This document shows positions 57,085-64,000 of a DNA stretch of 64,000 nucleotides, one piece after another. The notes beneath the pieces were generated by a model. That model was not told where the DNA came from and made no database searches. It worked only from the letters and a program-made list of their open reading frames with translations. Origin of the DNA: Vampirovibrionaceae bacterium NZW_1234 (GTDB taxonomy: Bacteria > Cyanobacteriota > Vampirovibrionia > Vampirovibrionales > JAGQHJ01); NCBI GenBank assembly GCA_041697335.1, contig JBGUGD010000001.1:113741-177740 (forward strand), read 5' to 3'. Positions within the stretch are counted from its first letter, which is position 1; each line of letters starts with the position of its first letter. The position numbers and the translations under genes are program-made.

Positions 57085-60005
57085 GCAGGGGATTCCTCAG
57101 GTGGGTGACTGTCCGGTAAGGCAGGCGAGTCTGACTTGAGCGGCTCGACACGGGCCACACGGGACAATTCAGCCGGGAGACTGCGGTAAAACTTTTCCAG
57201 AACGGTTCGGATGCCTTTGACGGTAATACTGTCGTCCGTTAAGCCCAGGTCTTTCTTGAGCCGCTGGGTCAGGGCTTCAGGGCGAAGTCTTTCGCCGATG
57301 CGAAGGTAGAGAATGCGTTTTTGAAAGCCGGTCAGGTTGGGCCATTCGGACCACTGGGTGAGTTGCTTCCATGGCTCTGTGGGTTTGAAACTGGCCGGAA
57401 CCACCACGTCAGGTACCAAAGAGTAAACGGCCTTACCTGTGTGCTGGGCTAAAATAGGAAACACCCGGCGAATGAACTCGGCATCGCTATAGGTTAGTAT
57501 CGCATCTCGTTCGGTCTCGTTGGGGATATGCTCAGTGACTAAATCCGTGAAGGCTTGCAGTTCTTTGACACAGCTTCGAACCATATTCTGGTAGCGCCGG
57601 TAGTCATCGGCAGGCATGGTTTTTTTCAAATTCTCTGCCTGAGGCAATTTGTCCAGGATTTGGCGTCGCTCCAGATTGAGGAAGAGGCGCATCCGATTGA
57701 GTAAGGGGTCTTCGGCCAGTCGTTTTAACAGGTAGGGGGCCGGGATATGGAACGGCCATTTGCCTCTTGTGGGATGAGATTTTGAAGGCTCGGGTGGGAC
57801 TGACGGCGTTTGGGGAATATCAGCTGCTTCACTCTCTCGGGTGATGGGCTCTGAAGTGATGGGGGGCACGGGTGAGGCCTCTTTTTGGAGGTCCTCGTAT
57901 AATACCTCTTCGGCTCGCCGCAGCAGTTCGATGGTCTTATGCCCCGCCATCGGCCATTGGGCGGTCCAGTCCTCCGGGTGTGTCAGCTGAAGTTGTTTGA
58001 GTCGGGCCAGCTCTGACTCGACGGCTGTTTTCGCAACCAGCCCTAGTTTTTGTACCAGGGGCTGTACGGCATCCGGGTTTGCGTCCAGATACAGAAGAAA
58101 TAACTTATGCGTGGTCGAATACCCCAAGGCGACAGACTGATCATCCATGGCGCGTTTTTTGAGGGGCTGCAGCTTCAGAAACCCGGTGCGGTAGAAATCG
58201 ACTTTCTGCGTGTAGGGTTGGGCCGAAGCCGTGATCTGTAATAGGCTGTCTGAATGTTTAATCAGGGCTTTATAACGCTTGTAGACTTTGTCCCGAGTGG
58301 CTCGAGGGAAGGTTTCCAAGTAACGTGGATTTTCCCCGAGGCCTAAGAGCACCTTTTGTTCCTGGGGCGAGAGAAAAGGGCGGAGCCACCCAAGTGGAAC
58401 AGTAAAGGGGGTTTGTAATGCTTTTTCCAGGACGGGTTGAAGCGTGGTGGATGATTGCTGGGCGCCTCGGGCTCGAAGCTCTAGGGCCACGCGTCGGCTC
58501 AACAGGGATTTAAATTGACCTTCGTCAAGTTGCTTAAAAGCCTCAGGCCTGGCTTGATAGGCTTGCTGCACCTGAGGAAGAAGAGAAGCACTGTCCAGCT
58601 CGGGAAGGAGCTTCTGTGCGTCAGCTTCATGCAGAAATTCGGGTGTTTTTGCGCTGCTTGTCTCCAGGGTGGAGTCCAAGTCCTGAAGACGAATGCCAAG
58701 GTCCTGGCTAATCTGCTTGGCGGAAAGCCCCAGGTGGTTGCCCAATGTAACGAGTTGAGCCTGCAAGTCCTGAGCGGGGTTGCCGGTGTAGGAAAACGCT
58801 CGTTTGAGGATGCTTTGAACGTCTCGGGTTCGATCCAGGATGTCGGGCTTTACGACAAAAGGGGTATTTTTCAGCTGATGACCCAGTTCCTGCAATAACG
58901 GTGGAAGATATGCCGGCAGGCGCTTTGGGTTCCAAAGAAGTTGTGCGGGCTGATGCTGTAGAAAGGCCAAATACGTTGAAAGAGCCAGAGCCTGGCCCGG
59001 ATTGAATCGATAGTGGATGACCTGGTAGGGGTGGAGGGGCTTTTCCAGAAGTCCCCGGAGTTTGTCTAAGGCACGTGTCTCCAATTGGCGTGAACGTTCT
59101 CGGGTGCGTCCGCCAATGGCTTTCCCTGCCTCGCCTAATGTCGCTTGTCCCGCCGCAGCCTGTGCCTCTGGAGGAAGCAGATTAAAGCGTTTTCGCAGGA
59201 TGAGGATTTCATTGGGGGTTAATAGGCCTGTGGGTTCGGCAATACCGATAATGCTTCGGAGGTGGGCTACCGTTTCGTCTTCAATGACATAATCTTCCGG
59301 TGCCTCTGTTTCGGTTGAGGCGGTTAATTCTTTTCTGGAGGAACTTTTTCCAGTGGAATTAGTGTCTAAAGGCGTATCCAGGGAAACACCCGGGGTGGGA
59401 CGGTTAAATCGGTGCTGAATTTCATAGGAGAGGTCTTGCTTTGCCAGGGTGTAAACATAATTGACCAGGGTGCCCTTGGAGTCGTTATAGGTCACAATCG
59501 CCCGGATGGCGGCCTGATAGGCTGTATTGAAACCGTGGTTTTTATATTCATCCAGATTCCACCCCTTGTCCAGTGCGAATGGAATACGTCTTTTCACACA
59601 GTGTCTGAGGATGGGCTCCATAACAGACAGGATCCCGTCAAATTGCCTTCCAGCTTCCGGATGCAGGCGTTTCCACTCATGAAACCCGGCCAGGTAAGCT
59701 TCTTTTTGGGTGAGGCTTTCACCTCCTTTGGTTGCTCTTCCTAGGCTCAGAAGGTGGCTTAATGCGTTAAAAGCATCAGCGTGTTCTTGGGCCATTTGGG
59801 AAAGCGATGCTTGACTGGCGGCTTCGATGTCCACCTGGTATGTCTTCTTCACGCCCGAGGTGTTGTTATCTCCGATTCCGGATTGACGCGCGGATTTTTG
59901 ACGCGCCTTGGCCCCGGCGAAGTAAACCGGATGACCCGCAATGGAACTGAGTCGAGGAGGAACCATGACAGAAACGGTATCCACAATCATTGATCTTGGG
60001 TTCAA
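57081..60005 (-). CDS. Large sigma70-family-like protein (regions 2, 3.2 and 4 plus ~650-aa extension)
   Basis: AIRAIVTYNDSKGTLVNYVYTLAKQ (region 2-like), VSLDTPL, LTPNEILILRKRF..TLGEAGKAIGGRTRERSRQLETRALDKLR (region 4). Confidence 0.8.
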   Translation of the reverse strand: MNPRSMIVDTVSVMVPPRLSSIAGHPVYFAGAKARQKSARQSGIGDNNTSGVKKTYQVDIEAASQASLSQMAQEHADAFNALSHLLSLGRATKGGESLTQKEAYLAGFHEWKRLHPEAGRQFDGILSVMEPILRHCVKRRIPFALDKGWNLDEYKNHGFNTAYQAAIRAIVTYNDSKGTLVNYVYTLAKQDLSYEIQHRFNRPTPGVSLDTPLDTNSTGKSSSRKELTASTETEAPEDYVIEDETVAHLRSIIGIAEPTGLLTPNEILILRKRFNLLPPEAQAAAGQATLGEAGKAIGGRTRERSRQLETRALDKLRGLLEKPLHPYQVIHYRFNPGQALALSTYLAFLQHQPAQLLWNPKRLPAYLPPLLQELGHQLKNTPFVVKPDILDRTRDVQSILKRAFSYTGNPAQDLQAQLVTLGNHLGLSAKQISQDLGIRLQDLDSTLETSSAKTPEFLHEADAQKLLPELDSASLLPQVQQAYQARPEAFKQLDEGQFKSLLSRRVALELRARGAQQSSTTLQPVLEKALQTPFTVPLGWLRPFLSPQEQKVLLGLGENPRYLETFPRATRDKVYKRYKALIKHSDSLLQITASAQPYTQKVDFYRTGFLKLQPLKKRAMDDQSVALGYSTTHKLFLLYLDANPDAVQPLVQKLGLVAKTAVESELARLKQLQLTHPEDWTAQWPMAGHKTIELLRRAEEVLYEDLQKEASPVPPITSEPITRESEAADIPQTPSVPPEPSKSHPTRGKWPFHIPAPYLLKRLAEDPLLNRMRLFLNLERRQILDKLPQAENLKKTMPADDYRRYQNMVRSCVKELQAFTDLVTEHIPNETERDAILTYSDAEFIRRVFPILAQHTGKAVYSLVPDVVVPASFKPTEPWKQLTQWSEWPNLTGFQKRILYLRIGERLRPEALTQRLKKDLGLTDDSITVKGIRTVLEKFYRSLPAELSRVARVEPLKSDSPALPDSHPPEESPA

Positions 60006-60033
60006 TAAAAACCAGACCCAAGTAGAAGATTGC

Positions 60034-60630
60034 CTAACTGTTTTGAGACTCGCGTGATACTAATGAAACGGCCTCATCCACCCATGTTGACATGTTCTGG
60101 GTGCCGTTGTCGTTAACCCAGTCATAGGTTTTAAAGAAATGGGACAGGCGCGCGCCGTCGGTATTTTCAATGGGTAAGGTCAAATTCTCAATGGCTGTCT
60201 CTCCGCAGCGTTTCCACTCGTTGGCCCACTCGTGCAGGTCGACTCGAAAATTTTGCCGATCGACGTAAAAGCCTACGTAATCCAAAGGATTTTCTCCTAA
60301 GGGCAAGGTGTTGCCCTTGATATCAGGAAGACTGTTAATGTGAATGCCAACAATCGCGTTGCCACGAGCCAGACTTTGTAACAGTTCATAGCGAACCCAG
60401 CGTCGTTTGAAGGTGTTGGTGCCAATCAAGACAAACGTTAGTTGAGTATGATTCAGTCCCGTATCGATCAAAGCCATGGTGGCCGCATCCCCATTTTCGG
60501 CTCGCTCCTCCCAGGTGTCCGGGTCCCAGAAGCCGGCCGCCTCAGAACCGGGGAAAGAAAGCCAATGGCTTCGGATCTGATTGACACGCCAGATATCGGG
60601 TTGATAGTGAAAGCAAAAGTAGGCACGCAT
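60034..60630 (-). CDS. TIR-domain protein (ThsB/DUF1863-like)
   Basis: YFCFHY..DIWRVNQIR, GFWD..WE, VLIGTNTFKRRWVRYEL (catalytic Glu), GNAIVGIHIN. Confidence 0.88.
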   Translation of the reverse strand: MRAYFCFHYQPDIWRVNQIRSHWLSFPGSEAAGFWDPDTWEERAENGDAATMALIDTGLNHTQLTFVLIGTNTFKRRWVRYELLQSLARGNAIVGIHINSLPDIKGNTLPLGENPLDYVGFYVDRQNFRVDLHEWANEWKRCGETAIENLTLPIENTDGARLSHFFKTYDWVNDNGTQNMSTWVDEAVSLVSRESQNS

Positions 60631-61874
60631 GGGGCGGAAATTTTCGATGCTTTAATAACGCGACGCTAATCATTACAAGTATATCATTCTGCCGAGACAT
60701 TTTTGAGGGAGGATGTAGATGAACGCTGACAATCGCTCTGCCTGGACCTAAATACATTTAAGTTCCCAAACCGTTTCGCTATCTGCTGTGTGTATTTCAG
60801 GTGGATTTTCGGGCAAGAGGAAGCGTGTGGATTAACGTCCCGTTAAATTCTAATAAGGAGCCTTTGGTTTTGGTGGTCTTTGCTCCGTTCTACATTCTGT
60901 ATTTGGCATTTATTTTTACTTGGTGTGGTCTTCGCGCAAGGATATTGTGTAATTCGCTTTTTGTCCTAACCGTATGGAGGTTTCGAGTCCCGTCAATGAG
61001 TCAGGGATTTTTTAAAGGACCTTATTGGCATTTTGAAATAACACTTGTGAACAATTAGAAAAATGTTGATAGTAATGCTCCGGTTTTTTAATTCGCAGGT
61101 AAAGTAACTCTGGAAGCATTATTTTTTACTTGAGATGCGAAGATTGAAATGTGCAGTTGATATTGACATATATTTTTTAAAATATAGCTTCTGCAAGCGC
61201 GATTATAGTGGCAGTGGGTATTTTTAAATCAGGTTATCTTGCTGTAGTGTTTGTTTCTACATCAGGAATCAGCTTTGCTTATTACTGGATTTCCTCCATA
61301 GAGAGTAGGTATGTTTAATACATTTATGGGAAATCGGACTCGGGAATAATAATCGCATCTCAGTAAATAAGGATTTGATTTGAGCGTGGATCATTCTTTA
61401 TTTGCTGTAGAAGCTCAGTATTCTTGTAGGTACGGGAGAGAATTTTATCAAGGCTAGAACTGTTTTAGGGTTGAATTCCAATATTTGGTTGATTCAATCT
61501 AAGCTTCAACCGTTTACTATCAATAATAAATATTTGTGAACAATGTTTGTTCACGTTGCCCTAAAAAGGGTTTTTTAGAGAGAAGCATTTGCGATTAGAG
61601 AAGGGAGTCATAATTTTCAGGGATATTTTTATTAATATCATGATTTGAAACAAGACTTTTTATTGAGGCTTGCATTGTTGTGCTATTAACCCTGGAATGG
61701 CGCTAATACAGATTTAAGAAGAGACGCTGATGATCAGTAATTGAACAGATAGGCGCTTTTCCATTTCAAAACTCAGATCAAAATTTAGTCTGAAAGAAGG
61801 ACTTTAGTAATTTTTGTTTTTAACGATACCGATGCAAATATATAGACTTTTTAGGAACTAGCAGGAGTGATCAT

Positions 61875-64000
61875 ATGCCCACCATCACAGGAACGTCAGG
61901 GAACGACTTTTTAGAAGGCTCATCAGGAAATGACACACTTCTTGGTCTGGCAGGGAATGATGTTTTAGTTGGTGATACTGGTAATGATAGTTTAGATGGT
62001 GGTGCCGGCGCTGATCAAATGTATGGCGGTGACGGTAACGACACCTATGTTGTTGATAATGTTGGCGATATCGTTAATGAGTACGCAAATGAAGGGACGG
62101 ATACGGTTCGCTCAAGTATTACCTATGAATTGACCGATCATGTGGAGCATTTGATCCTGACGGGTACAGGTAATATTCATGGCACAGGGAATGATCTGAA
62201 CAACTCCTTGACGGGTAATGCTGGCAATAATACCTTAGACGGTGGCTTAGGTGCTGATACCATGGCCGGGGGCGCTGGTAATGATGTTTATATCGTGGAT
62301 GATGCCGGTGATGTTGTTACGGAATTGGCGAACCAAGGGGTTGATACGGTACGTTCCGAAGTCAGCTTTAGCTTGGGTGCAAACATCGAAAATTTGGTTT
62401 TAACGGGCACCGATGATACCAATGCCACCGGTAATGGCTTGGCCAACTCATTAACAGGTAACAGTGGTAGCAACACCCTGGATGGGGGTGCCGGTGCTGA
62501 TACCATGGCCGGGGGTGACGGTGATGATATCTATGTGGTTGACAATGCCGCGGATGTGGTGACGGAACAAGCGAACCAGGGTATTGATACGGTTCGCTCC
62601 AGTGTGACTTTTACTCTGGGTAACAATATTGAAAATTTAGTTTTGACTGGGTCAGCCAGTGTGAATGCAACCGGCAACAGCTTGGCCAATTCCCTAACCG
62701 GCAATAGCGGAAATAATTTGCTTGATGGTGGAACAGGTGCTGATACCATGGCCGGGGGTGACGGCAATGATACCTATGTGGTGGATAACGCCGGTGATGT
62801 CATTACAGAGAATGCCAACGAAGGGACGGATACGGTTCGGGCCAGTGTGAGCTATTCCTTGGGTGATCACCTGGAGAACTTGGTATTAACCGGGATCGGT
62901 AACACCAATGCTACGGGGAATGCCCTGGGCAACTCCTTGACCGGTAATACCGGTAATAACACCCTGGATGGAGGGACCGGTGCGGACACCATGATTGGTG
63001 GCCTCGGCAATGATACCTACATCGTGGATGATGCCGGGGATGTGGTGACGGAACTGGCCAATCAAGGGACCGACACGGTTCGGGCCAGTATTTCGTACAG
63101 CTTGGGCACCAACATGGAGCACTTGGTGTTGACGGGTAGTGGTAACATCAATGCGACAGGGAATGCCGGAGCCAACTCTTTGGCCGGTAACAGCGGCAAT
63201 AACTCCCTGGATGGTGGAGCAGGCGCTGATACCATGGCTGGGGGCGACGGTGACGATACCTATGTGGTGGACAACGCCGCTGATGTGGTGACAGAGAGTG
63301 CCAACGAAGGGACCGATACGGTTCGGGCCAGTGTTTCCTACAGCTTGGGTAACCACCTGGAAAACTTAACCTTGACCGGCACGGCTGCCATTAATGCCAC
63401 CGGTAACGCTTTGGCAAATACCCTGACGGGTAACAGCGGCAACAACACCCTGGATGGGGGCGCTGGTGCCGATACCATGATTGGTGGCCTCGGCAACGAC
63501 ACCTATGTGGTGGACAATGTCGGTGATGTCATTACGGAGAATGCTAACGAAGGAACGGATACGGTTCGTGCCAGTGCAAGTTATTCTTTGGGTGACCACC
63601 TGGAGCACTTGGTTTTAACCGGAACCGGTAACACCAATGCTACGGGGAATGCCCTGGGTAACTCCTTGACCGGCAACAGCGGCAACAACACCCTCGATGG
63701 CGATGTTGGTGCAGACACCATGGCTGGCGGCCTCGGCAATGATACCTATGTGGTAGACAATGCCAGTGATGTGGTAACGGAACTGGCCAACCAAGGGACC
63801 GACACGGTTCGGGCCAGTGTGAGCTATAGCTTGGGCTTGAATGTTGAACATTTGGTATTAACCGGTAGCGGTAACATCAATGCGACAGGGAATGCCGGAG
63901 CCAACTCTTTGACCGGTAACAGCGGCAACAACACCCTGGATGGTGGAGCAGGCGCTGATACCATGGCCGGGGGCGACGGTGACGATACCTATGTGGTGGA
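61875..64000 (+). CDS. RTX / hemolysin-type Ca2+-binding repeat protein (5' part, runs off the window)
   Basis: ATG at 61875 after AGGAG; open to the window end; GGxGxDxL nonapeptides in 81-aa units (DTYVVD..GD.V.E.A..GTDTV). Missing from the ORF track because it has no stop. Confidence 0.93.
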   Translation, partial: MPTITGTSGNDFLEGSSGNDTLLGLAGNDVLVGDTGNDSLDGGAGADQMYGGDGNDTYVVDNVGDIVNEYANEGTDTVRSSITYELTDHVEHLILTGTGNIHGTGNDLNNSLTGNAGNNTLDGGLGADTMAGGAGNDVYIVDDAGDVVTELANQGVDTVRSEVSFSLGANIENLVLTGTDDTNATGNGLANSLTGNSGSNTLDGGAGADTMAGGDGDDIYVVDNAADVVTEQANQGIDTVRSSVTFTLGNNIENLVLTGSASVNATGNSLANSLTGNSGNNLLDGGTGADTMAGGDGNDTYVVDNAGDVITENANEGTDTVRASVSYSLGDHLENLVLTGIGNTNATGNALGNSLTGNTGNNTLDGGTGADTMIGGLGNDTYIVDDAGDVVTELANQGTDTVRASISYSLGTNMEHLVLTGSGNINATGNAGANSLAGNSGNNSLDGGAGADTMAGGDGDDTYVVDNAADVVTESANEGTDTVRASVSYSLGNHLENLTLTGTAAINATGNALANTLTGNSGNNTLDGGAGADTMIGGLGNDTYVVDNVGDVITENANEGTDTVRASASYSLGDHLEHLVLTGTGNTNATGNALGNSLTGNSGNNTLDGDVGADTMAGGLGNDTYVVDNASDVVTELANQGTDTVRASVSYSLGLNVEHLVLTGSGNINATGNAGANSLTGNSGNNTLDGGAGADTMAGGDGDDTYVV
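61990..64000 (+). repeat. 243-bp tandem coding repeats (8 or more copies)
   Basis: GAD(T/Q)M anchor at 62007, 62250, 62493, 62736 and onward to 63951. Confidence 0.92.

Noticed and set aside
60034..60630. Complete canonical Thoeris system
   Set aside because: No ThsA-type (SIR2/SLOG, Macro-TM) effector adjacent.
61534..61556. Rex or LexA operator
   Set aside because: Half-site spacing does not fit TTGTGAA-N4-TTCACAA or GAAC-N4-GTTC.
62288..63851. Minus-strand ORFs in the RTX region
   Set aside because: Antisense shadows of the plus-strand RTX repeats.

Overview
Bacterial chromosomal window. Cyanobacteria-like rpsB/tsf/pyrH and RND sequences, no photosynthesis genes and many orphan ORFs suggest a non-photosynthetic Melainabacteria/Vampirovibrionia-type genome; this is inference, not verified. 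Recognisable content: Zn-ADH/quinone reductase, tRNA-Lys(UUU), FMN-binding glutamate-synthase-like protein, miaA, polar amino-acid ABC genes, YhhQ, rpsB-tsf-pyrH, a PAS kinase/NarL pair, TetR-OMF-MFP-RND efflux, an M16 peptidase pair, FdhF/YdeP, xdhABC, MFS, an O-methyltransferase and an RTX protein running off the right end. Most interesting is the co-oriented run at 53.8-60.6 kb: a ThsB-like TIR gene, a 974-aa sigma70-like protein with a ~650-aa extension, a 5'-nucleotidase split only by one in-frame TGA (followed by a SECIS-like hairpin), and a HEXXH metalloprotease-like orphan. Also notable: an RCK-C/peroxiredoxin fusion, a palindromic repeat array at 38.2-38.5 kb, a 6S-like structured RNA candidate, harpin-like orphans sharing an upstream CTTAAG tandem box, and a recurring N-terminal Phe motif in orphan proteins. 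All family calls are by visual motif recognition; no searches were run.
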